From: the human T2T-CHM13v2.0 reference genome, Homo sapiens
Assembly (NCBI RefSeq): GCF_009914755.1
Contig: NC_060925.1
Strand: one strand, 5' to 3'
Length of the DNA: 64,000 nt
Shown: piece by piece, positions 1-22,040 of the stretch
Numbering within the stretch: the stretch's first letter is position 1
Layout: each line of letters starts with the position of its first letter
Translations under genes and position numbers: made by a program
Notes under the pieces: model-generated
Database searches by the model: none
Told to the model about the DNA's origin: nothing
What the model saw: the letters and a program-made list of their open reading frames with translations, nothing else

Positions 1-264
<264 letters not shown>

Positions 265-2046
265 TCATCTTGAGCTAGTGAAGACCTGCTCTTTTTATAG
301 CCAGAGTCCTCTGGTGAGGACTGATAGTAATAGAGTATGCCTGCTTATGTCCCTATCTGGTTGGGTGCAGTCTCTGTTGATTAGGCAAACATCTGGTTCC
401 TGTTAGCATGGTGCCTTTTGAAATGTAAGATGGAGTCTTTTTCTAAGATGGAGTCACTTATGCCAAGGGTGCTCTATACAGGCTTGCATGGCCCTGTACC
501 ACTTCCAGAGCACCTTCTGGTATCTCACAACAATTCCAGAAGTCAGAGTCTATCGTCGCTTCTGCCAGGGCTCTGGCTTCAAACCCCATGCCGTAACTAC
601 CATGCTGCCTTCCCACGTAGCACCTTCCCTGGGGCTCCGGGGTGATGCAGGGGATGGAGGGATGGATAGGGAATCAACCAACAAACACGACACCCTCAAG
701 TCACCTTATGCACCATAACAGGGACACACGTGGGGGCACCACCTCAGACTGGAGGGTCCGGGAAGGCCTCTGTGAGGAGGTGGGGCTGGCACTGCCTAGG
801 CTGAGTGGGATTCACCTTCTGGAGGCTGCACTTGTGGGTGGTCCCACCTTTGTCTTGAGCGTTCACCGTGGCCCCTATGTGCTGTCTTGATATCATCCAT
901 TGTGTTTTTGCCATTCCTTGGCCCCATTCCTCCCTCTCTTCAGAGCATACCCGAGACCGAGGCAGAGACTTCACCCGGTCCTACTGGGGAACCCCAGCCA
1001 CCCCCTTCTTCTGGAGCTGGGGGTTACAGTTCAGGGAGGAGCCAGCAGGCCCTACCACCGTGGTTTTCAAACTGGGTTCCCACTCAGCCTAGGCAGTGCC
1101 AGCCCCACCTGGGGCTCCGGGGTGGTGCCTCAAATCCAGTGGTTCAGATTTTCTGTTTCTGCATTGACATTCTGCAAAAGATTGTGTGTAGAATAAAGGG
1201 TTCCTTGGCCAAAAGGAATTAAAGTATTGACCCCAAGCGTTTTGTTTCCCTCCAGTTTGGCCAAGCCAGGCTTCCCAGTGCGGGAATGAAAGTGGACGCC
1301 CGCAGCTATGGTAGTCAGCAACGCTGAGGGCTGACTGTGTGCCTTCACTGTTCAAGGTCCCCAGAGGGAGTCTGAGCATGAGACCAGACTCTCTCCCAGG
1401 AGCTGGCTGTGGGAGGCGGGGAAGAGGGAGTGATGAACAGTACGAGGCACTTAGCACGCATGGGCTGTGTCTAGGCGGTGGCCCCCTTGAGGACCCATGA
1501 CCCATGGAAAATGGCTGTGCATCTACTGTGTGCCAGCACAGTGCTGTGCCTACATGTTCTTACCTAATTGTCATTGCAACGGAGATATGTGTTGGGCTCA
1601 TTTTGCTGATGAGGCTCAGAGGGGTGATATGACTTGCCTAAGGCCACACAGCTATTGAATAGCAGAGTTAGGATTCAAACCCACATAGGCCTACAGCCAA
1701 AATCCCACCTTCCCACCTCACCAGGCCACCTGCCAATCTAATGGAGGAAGCAGAGTCATTTACATACATTATTTACATATGGAAAGTGCCATAACAGAGG
1801 CAGTCATTTATCTGTCTAGTCAACAGATGTTTATTGAGTGCCTACGACGTGCAAGGCGCAGTGCTGGGAGTTATGGGAACACAGAGCAGGAGTGACTGCC
1901 AGAGCTCAGGGATTCATGGGCAGTTTCACAGAGGGGCTGCCATCTGAGCTGGGCCCTGAGTAATAGAAAGAGTTTACCAGAAGGTGACAGGTAGGGGAGG
2001 AGAACGTAGTGTTAAGAGCATGGGCAGCATCAGAAAGAACGAAATC

Positions 2047-3449
<1,403 letters not shown>

Positions 3450-3470
3450 TGAACCCTCACTTCCCTGCAG

Positions 3471-3704
3471 GTGAACATGCTGGTGCTAGGGAAGCACCTG
3501 GGCATCCCCAAGCCCTTCGGGCCCGTCATCAACGGCCGCTGCTGCCTGGAGGAGAAGGTGTGTTCCCTGCTGGAGCCACTGGGCCTCCAGTGCACCTTCA
3601 TCAACGACTTCTTCACCTACCACATCAGGCATGGGGAGGTGCACTGCGGCACCAACGTGCGCAGAAAGCCCTTCTCCTTCAAGTGGTGGAACATGGTGCC
3701 CTGA
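3471..3704 (+). CDS. PADI4: PADI4 last coding exon ([11 protein letters not shown]...[23 protein letters not shown]), includes catalytic Cys645
   Basis: Acceptor ttccctgcag|GTG at 3470/3471; translation is the PAD4 C-terminus with GEVHCGTN (TGC at 3645-3647); TGA at 3702-3704. Confidence 0.97.
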   Translation: MNMLVLGKHLGIPKPFGPVINGRCCLEEKVCSLLEPLGLQCTFINDFFTYHIRHGEVHCGTNVRRKPFSFKWWNMVP

Positions 3705-3921
3705 GCCCATCTTCCCTGGCGTCCTCTCCCTCCTGGCCAGATGTCGCTGGGTCCTCTGCAGTGTGGCAAGCAAGAGCTCTTGTGAATATTGTGGCTCCCT
3801 GGGGGCGGCCAGCCCTCCCAGCAGTGGCTTGCTTTCTTCTCCTGTGATGTCCCAGTTTCCCACTCTGAAGATCCCAACATGGTCCTAGCACTGCACACTC
3901 AGTTCTGCTCTAAGAAGCTGC

Positions 3922-3927
3922 AATAAA
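3922..3927 (+). terminator. PADI4: PADI4 polyadenylation signal AATAAA
   Basis: AATAAA about 220 nt after the stop, followed by T/GT-rich sequence. Confidence 0.85.
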
Positions 3928-4509
3928 GTTTTTTTAAGTCACTTTGTACATGAGGTCAAGATGTTGTTGGTATCATTCATTCATTCACTCATTTGTCATG
4001 GTTGAATTGACTATCACAAAACAAACTGAAAAGTGTTAACAGGCTGCACTGAAGGCCACGTTATTGTGTGTGTCTTTTGCTCCCAGACATGTATTTGGGC
4101 TATAAAATTTTGCATGATCCTAGTTCGTTCTGAGTTTCCCACGGGACCTTTCCAAGAAGAGGAGGAGGAGGGAGCAGGGGAGGGGTAAGCCCCGCTGAGA
4201 ATCTGGGCATATCCCTCTTTAAACTCACCTACAACTGGGCATTCACCTACGTACTGATAGCGATGGATTTTTGTGGAATGAAGTAATTCATCTCCTCGGT
4301 GTTCTTTTTTATATTGCCTTTTATGGCTTCGACATAAAGACTCAGATTCCTCTGTAGAAAATAAAACTTGATGGCTTGAGATCATTAAAATTGAGACCAG
4401 ATATTGGCTCAAAAGGGTCCAAGATATTCAGAGAACACCCAGGGATCCTGTTATTTTCATGTAGGTCATGGAGAATATATGATGGCGGAAAAGATGAATA
4501 TCAAAAGCC

Positions 4510-6528
<2,019 letters not shown>

Positions 6529-6824
6529 TTAGCAGATAAAACTGAAGATTTTGCTGGATTCCTAGGGCTGGGGAAGGACTCAGAGACAAGCTGGTGGATA
6601 AGGCACCCCTGGCATCAGGGGACATGCAGATGCGCAGATGTTACCCCAGCCACGTATGGGTTGCAGGTGGGAGGTGTCTCTGGAGAAGTCAGGGAAGCCC
6701 ACGGGAGAGAAAGTGCTACCATCCCTCTAGAGCACAGAGCCATCCCCTGATCATGCCCATCAAACAAAAACTTCCCTGTTCCTTTCGCCTTGCTCCCACC
6801 TCTCCCTTCCCCAGAGACCACATA

Positions 6825-7290
6825 GGAGTTTCCTGAAGCTGCTGTTACAAATCATCACGAACTAAAAGGCTTAAAACAATAGAGATGGACCCTCTCTCAG
6901 TTCCAGAGACCAGGAGATCAAAATCAGTCTCACTGGGCTGAAATTCAGGTATCAGCAGGGCCATCCCAGCTCCAAAGGCTTTAGGAGGGGAGTTTCTCTT
7001 CTAGCTTCTGCCAGCTTTCCTCAGCTAGTGGCTGCCTCATGCCAATCTCTGCCTCCCTGGTCACATGGCTTTCTCTTCTGTGTGTGTCAAATCTCCCTCT
7101 GCCTCCCCCTTATAAGGACACTTGTGATGATATTTGGAGCCCATCGGATAGTCCAGGACAATCTCCCCATCCCAAGATCTTCATTCACCTCTGCAAACAG
7201 ACTCTTTCTTTGTTTCTATATGAGACAACCTACAGGTTCCGAAGATTAGGACCTGATCTCTCTTGGGTGCCATTATTCCACCTACTGTAG
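6825..7290. mobile_element. MaLR (MLT1-type) LTR
   Basis: gctgctgttacaaa...ggcttaaaacaa...aaaatcagtctcactgggctgaaa...ttataaggacacttgtgat resembles MLT1 consensus; subfamily not determined. Confidence 0.7.
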
Positions 7291-7454
7291 GTTGGAAATC
7301 ACCACGTGCCAGCTGCAGCCAGCAGAATAGGAAAGAAATAAGCCAGGCACCTCCTTTCCTTTCCGCAGCTCTAAGCCTTGCACCTGCATCAAGCCCTCAT
7401 AGGAAAGGGTGAACATTCCCCTTTACAAAACTGAGTCCTGAATTGAGAGTGTTT

Positions 7455-7862
7455 TATGTCTGGTTCCTGGAAACAGATTCTTAGATGGAGATTTGCCTGC
7501 AGGAGGTTTATGGGGGGTGCCGGGGGAGGGTGTTTCCGGAAGCGCACCTGGGAGGGAGTGTGGGGCTCAGAGGGGGACACTGAACTGGGATGCAGTTGCC
7601 TCAAGGCTTCAGGCAATGCACGGGGTATCTTGGGGGCTGGGGAAGGGCCTCAGAGTTGTCCTGCATTCAGACAAGGCAACCTGGCCTTTGTCCCCCCACA
7701 TTGGATGTGGCTGTCCCCAGATGGGGACACAACCAGGTACTAGGCCGCTCCTAGGCACAGAAGGCAATTCCAGAAGAGAGACTTGCGGCACTCGCAGCAG
7801 CTGGGGGCGTGAGTGCCTCCCCCTAAAGGGGGGCGCGGTGGCACACCACAGCGCCCACCACA
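7455..7862. mobile_element. Old ERVL-type LTR fragment
   Basis: cagattcttagatggagatttgcctgcaggaggtttatggggg resembles ERVL-class LTR text; family uncertain. Confidence 0.5.
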
Positions 7863-8004
7863 GTGACCTCAAGTGACCATGGGACTTCTGATGAGCAAAC
7901 CTGAGTTGAGCATGATGAGCAAACCTGAGTTGCCGAGAGAGAACTTCTGCATGGAATAAGCATGTGAGGAGTGCGGGAGTCAATACAAAGTTACTTTATG
8001 ATCA

Positions 8005-9324
<1,320 letters not shown>

Positions 9325-10444
9325 TGACCAGGCTGATCTCAAACTCCGGACCTCAGGTGATCCACCTGCCTTGGCCTCCCAAAGTGCTGGGATTACAGGC
9401 CTGAGCCACCGTGCCCGGCTGGGTTATTATCTTCTTAGGGGGAGGACAAGGAGGTGATTTAGTCATTTGCTCCACAATAACTTGTTGAGTACCTACTATG
9501 TCTGGAGCTGTTTTGCAGGTGCTGGGGATTCAGTGGTGAATAAGAAGCCCCTGGAGGCGAGCAGGACGTGCTCTGGGTCTGAGTCACTTTCATCTCTGTC
9601 CACGAGGCTGGGTGAGGAGCCTTCCTCACTGTGCTCTGTAGAGCCCTGGCACAAGGCAGGGCTGCCCCAGGGTGGGGAACGTCAGAGCTTCCAGGCTGCC
9701 TTCCTCCAGACCCCAGAGCCTGGACTGGGCCTCAGCGACCCCTCCCCAGTCAACCCGTCTTCTCCCTCCAGCTGCCTCTGGCCGCTTGTGCGTGAGGGTG
9801 GGTGAGCCCTTTGGGATGAGTCTCATCAGAGCCTCTGCACGCTGAGTGCTTCCTGCCTGCTTAATTTTGCCACTTTCAATCCAACCAGAGGGGCATTTTG
9901 GGTCTTGCTGACCAACCCCCTGCCTCCAAGAGCAACTAAAACAGAGACATCCTTGAGAGTTATGTTGAGTGCTTAAAACCTCCAGGGAGGGAATTTTTTA
10001 CTGCAATTTGCAAATTTAGCCAGCCTGGCTGACCGAACAGGCTTCACTCAGTACCTCATCTCCACCTCCTATGCTGGGTACACCTGGGTGCATATTAGAG
10101 CAAAGGCTGAAAACAAATGTTTATATTACAGTACAACCCTATGTAAAATACACAGCTGTACAAAGGGGTAAGGCTGCTTTTTACGTACTGATACAAAGAA
10201 CTTCTCTCCAGTATAACTATGAAGTGAAAGAGGCAAGGTATGGAATACTGGGTGGCACATACTACCGTTTATATAAGAAGACAGTAGTAGGAGGAGAGAA
10301 GAAAAGAGCAAAAGCGCCCCGGACATAGTAGGTGTTCAGCAATTCTAGTGGAGCAAATGACTAAATGACCTCCTTGTCCTTCCTCAAAAAAGATAACCCA
10401 ATGGGCTTCCAGGGGCATCTCCACTGAACTGAAAAGTTTGTAAT

Positions 10445-10616
10445 TGTAACCAAGCAGCTTAACTTTGAGCACATTTTACAACTTTTCTCTTTAGTCTCGA
10501 GATGTAACCTCGAAGGAACCTGCAGAAGCCTTTTTCCCTTAACCTTAAAATAGACTCCACGTCCTTCCCTTTCTCACCATAAAGCCCCTTCAAATTTATC
10601 TAACTGTATGCTAGTA
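10445..10616 (+). mobile_element. 5' fragment of the same LTR family, opposite orientation
   Basis: Begins TGTAAC and is a diverged reverse complement of 8880-9059. Confidence 0.75.
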
Positions 10617-11779
10617 TTGGAGGAGGAAGAGAAGAAGAAAAGGATACACACACATATTTACTTGGTCATGCATAACATTTATTTGGAAAGACATATAAGA
10701 AACGGGTAACACTGTCACTACCTCCACCTGCAGGTGGGTAAGGCACAGGGCAGGAGGGAGACTCTGAACTTGGAATCATGTGACTGTGGTACCTATTCAG
10801 GAGTAAGCATGACCCAGCCTGGGCAACATAACAAGACCCCATCTCTGCGGAAAAATGTAAAACCATTAGCTGGGCATGGTGGTGCACATCTGTAGTCCCA
10901 GCTGCTCAGGAGGCTGAGGTGGGAAGACCACTTGAGCCTGGGAGGTCAAGGCTGTGAACCATGATCACGCCACTTCACTCCAGCCTGGGTAACGGAGTGA
11001 GACCCTGTCTCAAAAACAACAACAAAAAAAAACTCAACCCAAGCTTAAGACATGAAATGAACACAATTTTAAAGTCAGTTATGTAAGTTCCTTGTGCCAG
11101 AGAAGGGTTCCTATTTCTTTGCTCTGTGGGCTCCGCTGAGATGAGTAGCAGCTGATGACCCTGGCTTGATGTATTCATTCCACTAACACTTGCTGTGCCC
11201 CCACCCCCACCGACACAGCTGTAAGCAAAGAGCTCACCTTAATCACTGGGGGTTGGGATGCAGGTTCCTGGACCACACCCTAGACCTTCTGGGCCCAGGA
11301 ATTTGCAATGTTAACAAGCACCCTTGATAATTTTTGAAACCACCAGAGGGTTAATAACCACCTAGTCTAGGCAGGCGCTGTGGCTCACGCCTGTAATCCC
11401 AGCACTTTGGCAGGTCGAGATAGGAGGATTTCTGGGATCAAGAAGTTCGAGACTAGCCTGGGCAACATGGCAAAACCCGGTCTCTACAAAAAATACAAAA
11501 ATCAGCTGGACATGGTGGTGCACACCTGTAGTCCCAGCTACTTGGGAGGCTGAGATGGATCACTGGAGCCAGGTAGGTTGAGGCTGCAGTGAGCTATGAT
11601 TGCGCCACTGCACTCTAGCATGGGTAGAGACCCTGTCTCAAAAACAAAACCAAACCACCAGTCCAGCACTTTGCCGAGCTCCTTCGTCAATTTCCAGGAG
11701 ACACACACCCTAGAACTGAGACCCCAGAGCCTGGGCATGCTGCCACACATTGCCATCCTGACTGCTACCATCAACTCCT

Positions 11780-12311
<532 letters not shown>

Positions 12312-12978
12312 TGAGATGCTGGGAGCTCTGCCAGAGGTGGCAGGCAGACAGGCAGGCAGGCCTGGGACCCAGTCCCCTTGATCTGGGAGTTGGGGGTTAC
12401 TTCTCTAGCCTCACTATCCTGCCCCATCTTGGGAAGCCTTGGGTCTCTAGTGGGGGGCCTCCCAGTTCCAACCACGCAGAATTCTGACTTAAATCCTGCC
12501 TCTGCCCTGTAGCAGCTGCCATGGACTCTTAGTGAGGCAAGGGCCTTGGCCTCTCTGTTCCCCTATCTGTGAAACCATGGGGACGCTGGCCTCGGGGGGC
12601 TGTGAGGAGCAGGCCAGGGAGACTGCTAGATGCTGGAGCCTGCAGGTGGAGGTGACTCAGCAGGGTCACAGTACAACTTCCTGAGTCGCTTGCCCTGATC
12701 TTTTTCTTTATGGGGATCCTTTGTGGCTCCCCCCTTCTTGGGAATTGGGTGCTTATTACTAAGATGTAGCTGTGGTAACTTCTGCAGTGTCGGTAGCGGG
12801 ATGGGGTTTGGGCTGGAGCCCGTCGGAGAGCAAACACAGGGGTCCTTTGGGAGGGGGTGGGTAGGAATAAGGACCCCAGACCACTCTGCCTCAACACCCT
12901 AAGGAGAATGAGGATTCGGGAGCCGTCCCCTCCCCCATGCCAGTCATCTCCTAGGCTGAGAAGGTGTTTGTGCCCTGA

Positions 12979-13815
<837 letters not shown>

Positions 13816-15374
13816 TAGACCCAGGATTTGAGCTTGAGCCCAAGGGTGTATTCTCCCCTGGGTAAGCTGTCTCCCTAATGGGGTGCCTATGTTGGGGAGG
13901 TTCTCCTGTGGTAGAAGCAGGTGGCTCATTCAGGGCAGGAGTGTTCAACCTTGGTTGCAGGTGAGAACCACTGGGGAGCTAATAACATCAATACCCAGGC
14001 CACACCCCCTCTACCAATTAAACCTGAGGTACCAATGGAACCTCAGGGCTAGGATCCTGGCCGCTGGTTTAAAGCTCTCCAGGTGCACCCAGTGCGGGGC
14101 TGGGGGTGAGAACCATGATGGAGCAGTTCAGGACTGGGAGAGCTCTCCCTCCCTCCCCCCACACCCTACAGGACCTACTGGAGATGTCTGCTGCAGAGGG
14201 GTAGGTACACACACCCACCTGCGCTGTGTGCCCAGGGCAGGCAACTCCCTGAGAGGCAAGTAGTGGACTTAGGTAGGAACTGAGTGTCTCTGGCCAGGTG
14301 TGGTGGCTCATGCCTGTAATCCCAGCACTTTGGAAGGCTGAGATGGGCAGATCACCTGAGGTCGGGAGTTTGAGACCAGCCTGGCCAACATGGTGAAACG
14401 CTGTCTCTACTAAAAATACAAAAATTAGCCAGGTGTGGTGGCAGGTGCCTGTAATCTCAGGTTCTCAGGAGGCTGAGGCTGGAGAATCGCTTGAACCCAG
14501 GAGGTGGAGGTTGTAGTAAGCTGAGATTGTCCCACTGCATTACAGCCTGGGCAACAAGAACAAAACTCCATCGCAAAAAAAGGTATCTCAGATAAGAATG
14601 GAGGCCACGGTGGGTGCCAGTGGAACTCCAGACTACCTGAGAACCATTCTCTGCCCAGGGCTCGGCCTCCAGGACCCTCAGGAGTGGCCAACAAAGAACC
14701 TTGAACTTAGAGGACTAAAGCTTCTATTTAAGGATGGGGTGGATCTGTCACATGCTCTGGCCAATGGTTGGGTCTCTGGTTCATGACCAAGACCTTGTGG
14801 TCAGGGTCAGTGGCTGGAGGGCAGGTCTCTTTCTAAAAGCATAAAGTAGAGGCTGGTGTGGGACACAGTCCCACAGTTGGGACTGAGTCCCAACGCTGCT
14901 TCTTCACCTGGGTGTCCTTCTTAGTGAGCAGCTTAAGCCACCAGAGGCCTGTTTCCCCACCGTGCACCTTATGGAGTAGGACATGGGACCCCAGGAGAGT
15001 GGGTTTAGCAGGGAGGATGTATAGTGTGGTTTCAAGCTTGGGCTCTAGAGCCAGGCAGCCTGTTTCTTAAATCCCTTTGGGATAAGTCCCTTGATCACCC
15101 CGCCATCAGGGATACAGCTCTCACGTGGACAGGTGGTTTCAAGCCTGGCTCTCGACAAGGTTAGGGTTGGGGGTCATGGCAGGTTCTAAGTCCTTAGGGG
15201 ACTGACTCAGCCCTAAGCGCAGGGCTGTGGCCCCATACCAGCTCATAGGTGAGACTTCAGAAGCCATAACACAAGACCAAGATCCCACGCCTAGACTCGG
15301 CACATGGCCTGGGGCTCTGTTCCTGGCACCTCCCGTCCAACACTGCCTATGGTTTCGGGATGCTGTCTCCACAG

Positions 15375-15447
15375 GTCTCGGTCACATACTATGGGCCCAA
15401 CGAGGATGCCCCCGTGGGCACAGCTGTGCTGTACCTCACTGGCATTG
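15375..15447 (+). CDS. PADI6: PADI6 exon 3 ([24 protein letters not shown])
   Basis: acag|GTC acceptor, G|gtgag donor; PAD-family AVLYLTG motif. Confidence 0.95.
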
Positions 15448-15950
15448 GTGAGTGTTGCTCCAACTGGGAGCCTGGGGCCCAACTCACCGCTGGGGTTGGG
15501 GAAGGGGTGGGATTGTAGGAGGAGCCAAAAAAGATTCTCCAGGTAACAAGATGCCTCCTGTGGGCCCCAGGAACTCCTGAACAAACTCCTAAATGGATTC
15601 ATTTGAGATACCCACTCACACACTCCCTCCTCGACGCTCAGTCACTTCTCCATCTTCGTGCACTGCCAACCTAATTCTGAGAATAGAAACAGCCAGAACT
15701 TCCGTGTCGCTGCCATCTACCCACCTACGCCTGTCTAGTGCCTACCTTCTTCCTTTGTTACTAATTGACGCATCTGGTCCAAAGTTAGTCTTTCTTGTCT
15801 CACTAGATCCTTTCTTATTCAAGAACATTCCTTTGTCAATTCTTACCAATGTAAGAAGCCGCCACCCTTCCCCGCCCTCTAGATCACCCCCATCAGCTCA
15901 GGAACAAGCTCTATAACATCTACTTTTTTTTTCTTTTTTTTCTGAGATGA

Positions 15951-16531
<581 letters not shown>

Positions 16532-18541
16532 GAGACGGGATTTCACTGTGTTGGCCAGGCTGGTCTCAATCTCCTGACCTCGTGATCCGCCCACCTCAGC
16601 CTCCCAGAGTGTTGGGATTACAGGCGTGAGCCACTGTGCTGGGCCTAGGTTGTCTTTTAAAGTCTATTCTCCCACCTCTCTTCCTGAGGAGCCATCTGTG
16701 TCCTCAATTTCTCTAGAATCTTCTCAAATTAGACACCTACCACCAACGGAGTTCTTTTAGAACTCTAACATCTACAACACTAAGTTTTTGGTTTGTGTGG
16801 GTTCTTTTGTGTTTTTGTTTTGTTTTGTTTTGTCTTGTTTTTTGTTTTTGAGACAGTCTCACTCTGTAGCCTAAGCTGAACTGGAGTGAAGAGACACGAT
16901 CATGGCTCATTGCAGCCTCAAACGATCCTCTCACCTCAGCCTCTCCAGTAGCTTGGACCATAGGTGTTATACCACCATACTTGGTTAATTTTTTATACAG
17001 ACATAGGTATCCCTATGTTGCCCAGGCTCCTCCCACCTCAATCTCCAGAGTGGCTGGGACTACAGGCACGCACCACCATGCCCAGCTGACTTTATTTTTT
17101 TATTTTATTTTTTCCCCCATAGAGAGGGTTTTACCATATTGCCCAGCCTGGTCTCAAACTCCTGGCCTCAAGTGATCCTCCCGCCTCAGCCTCCCAAAGT
17201 GCTGGAGTTACAGGCATGAGCCACGTACCTGCTGGTCAATCCCCTCTTAACACACTTGAACGCTTCAGGGATGTTCAACTTATTTTTCCTCCTGCCTGTT
17301 CCTTCTCAGAACCCTTTGGAGCTCAGAGGAGCTCTTCTCAGTCCTTTGTCCCGCTGCTTCCAGTCAGTGAAGTGTCTCAGGCTCAGGAGGCAGGTCACGT
17401 GACTCTAATGTCACCTATGGGCAGGCTGCTCCCACAAACCCGACTTGGATATTGCCTACCCAGCATGATCGCTTCGGTGTCTGACAGATGTCTGAAATGC
17501 AAATGGATTCTCTCTACTCCTGAAAACCTGTTTTTCTAGTAGTCCCTCCATCACAGTAGGCGGTAGCTCCATCCTTCTAGTGTAAACCTTGGCATCACCT
17601 GATTCTTCTTACCCCACAGCAGTCTGAATCTTGTGTTACCTGACGTTTCGCCAGAATCCAGCAACTCGCACTCCCAGTGTGTTCACTCCGGCTCGAGCCC
17701 CCATCCTCTCACCTGGGTCACAGCCCAGACCTCCCAGTGGGGTTCATGCTGGCACTCTTGCCCTTCTGACTAAGACCTCTAGCCTTGATCCAGCAGCCAG
17801 AGTGGTACATCTTTAAGTGGAATATTGGAATAACGCCTTCCAACTGCTTCCACGTTGCTTGGATTAAAGCCAAAGTCGCTGCCCACGAAACTACACGAGT
17901 AACCCTGCACTGCCTCTGTCTTTACCGCTTGTGAATCTTCCCCCTGGGTCATCCTGCTGCTTCTGCTGTGGGTCCTGTTGGCCACTCTAACCCTTGGCCT
18001 TGCTGCCTTGGGCTTCCTATTTCCCCTAATGGCTCTTACCCTAGATGTTAACCCAGATTTTCTTGCCTCCTTTAGGTCTCTTTTCAAATGTAAACTTGGG
18101 CTCCCTTGATCATCTAAAACTGAAATACCCTCGCTCCATTCCTTCTCCCATATCCCTCAGTGCTTATTGCTATCAAACATGATGTACCTGCTTGCCCCAC
18201 CCCTGGTGTACACATATGTGCTCATGTAAGCTCTAAGGAGATGAGGTCTCCGTCTTGCACGCTGCTAGATCCCTAGGACCTGGGGCAGCCCAGTTCGCAG
18301 TGGGCATCTGGTCCCTGAGCATCTGCTGGTCAGGTGCTGATGATGTAACAGCAAACAAGTCCTGCGTTCGTGGCCCTGATATTCCAGTTGGGAATCAGCA
18401 TGTCAAATAATGAGCTGTGAACAAAAGACCACACTGGAGCGACGTGGTTGTCCCTTGTGTGGTGGAAGGGATGGGAGGTGGTATGCTAAGGAGGCGGGAC
18501 AGTCCCTATGACAGTACCTGGGCAAAAGCCTAGATCCTTAA

Positions 18542-18676
<135 letters not shown>

Positions 18677-18679
18677 TGA

Positions 18680-18865
<186 letters not shown>

Positions 18866-18878
18866 TAAAGGGGCTTAG

Positions 18879-19361
<483 letters not shown>

Positions 19362-19815
19362 GCCCAGTTAATTTTTGTATCTTTAGTAGAGATGCGATTT
19401 CACCATGTTGCCCAGGCTAGTCTCCAACTCCTGACCTTAAGTGATCCATCCACCTCAGTCTCCCAGTGTTGGGATTATAGGAGTGAGCCACTGTGCCCGG
19501 CCATATTAAGCCTTTCCTATGTCTTGGAGCATAAAGCTTTCCAGAAGACTAGAGAGGTAGACTTTGCAAGTAAGAATCACTTGGGTAGAGGCTGAAAGGC
19601 ATGAGATGGCATGAGAGGACCATGATGGGCTTGTTTTGTGAGTTCCTGGGAGGTTTGGGGTAGACATTTGACTACTTGGGCCTCTCCAGGCTTGCTGATA
19701 TGAAGCTGTCACCTTTGAGAATGGTTTCTGCTTCTAAGCTGATAGCATGCCAGAAAGGCTAGATGCCCTGATGCCAGCCTTGGGCAGCCCCACAGGAGAT
19801 AACCTATAACTTTGA

Positions 19816-19974
<159 letters not shown>

Positions 19975-20179
19975 TAAGCCAAATCTGCCCACAGGCTCAC
20001 TTGATCTGACCTTCCTCGTGTCTAGCCCAATTGCTGTGACATTGCTGAAGGATTAGATAGGTGGAGGGGAGGGGTAAACCAAACTGTCACGGTACAAGTC
20101 AGAGCTGATTAAATTCCTTTTCTTTTGTGGGGTATTTTTTTGTTTTTTTTTGTTTGTTTGTTTTTGATGTTGTTTTTGA

Positions 20180-20601
<422 letters not shown>

Positions 20602-20859
20602 TAAATTTCTAGCTCACTAAAAAAAAAACCAGAATGTCTGGCAACTCTAGGCTCATGTCCTACCCTGGTTGTGGAGTCTCCTAGATGAGAGGATTAGCCG
20701 CTGCTGCCAGGTGGCACGTCTCTTTTCCAATTTGCCTCGGTCCCTGATTCTCTGACTCTGAAATATGAGGTAAGTAACTGGTAACCCCGAACCTAGCTTC
20801 TTTCCCTTCCTCTTAGCCTCCTTACCTGACATGACCTTCCTGTGCCTACAGATTCTTGA

Positions 20860-21267
<408 letters not shown>

Positions 21268-21914
21268 TAGATGTATAATTGGGTAAGAGAAGTCACATAG
21301 CCCCATGCAAAGAGCATGGGTGGTTACTTGTTTCCTAGCTGTGAACTTGAGCACACTAACTTCCCTGATCTTGTTTCCCTATTTGTAAAATGGGGATGAT
21401 GCAGTTGGCCTCCCAACTATATCAGTTGGTTGACAAGACTAAATGAAGACAATAGGGGTATATGCGCTGCTTTCTAAAAAGCCTCTCATAGTCTGGGCCA
21501 GGAACCTTGGACTGTCTTGGGTAAAATTCGCCTTGGATCCTGACTTGCGGTTGGGACCAGGGTTCTGGGTCTTAGCAGTAGAATGGAATGTCTTGTTTCC
21601 TACTGAGACTGGAAACAAGACTGGAAACAAGGTGAACCTTCACTGAACTGATCGAGGTAGGCCCTGTTCTGTTTGTGGGGGACCATGGGATAAATCCCAT
21701 CCTCCCTCAAAAGGAGGCCCTGAGGTTTGCAGCTTGCCTGTAGCCACCTAGAACAAGCAGTGAAATGGTAATTCTTCGGGCCTGGGCCCTAGCAAAAGGC
21801 AGGGGGTCCTTGGTGCTCTGTTCAAACTCCCGGCCCCTCTCTACTGCTCTTCCCTCCACCCCCAGAGTGCTGGCCTCCAGACATTCCTTAACCTTTGCTT
21901 TGTCTTTTGCCCAG

Positions 21915-22040
21915 AAATAACGAATCTGTCCCAGATGACTCTGAATGTCCAAGGCCCCAGCTGTATCTTAAAGAAATATCGGCTAGTCCTCCATACCTCC
22001 AAGGAAGAGTCGAAGAAGGCGAGAGTCTACTGGCCCCAAA
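21915..22040 (+). CDS. PADI6: PADI6 exon 6 ([15 protein letters not shown]...RVYWPQ)
   Basis: cccag|AA acceptor, A|gtgag donor. Confidence 0.95.

Noticed and set aside
4014-4412. 132-aa minus-strand ORF downstream of PADI4
   Set aside because: Non-ATG start, no homology I recognise, no splice structure.
7889-7932. TGATGA and CTGA resembling snoRNA C/D boxes
   Set aside because: Intergenic, spacing far too short, no terminal stem; explained by tandem duplication.
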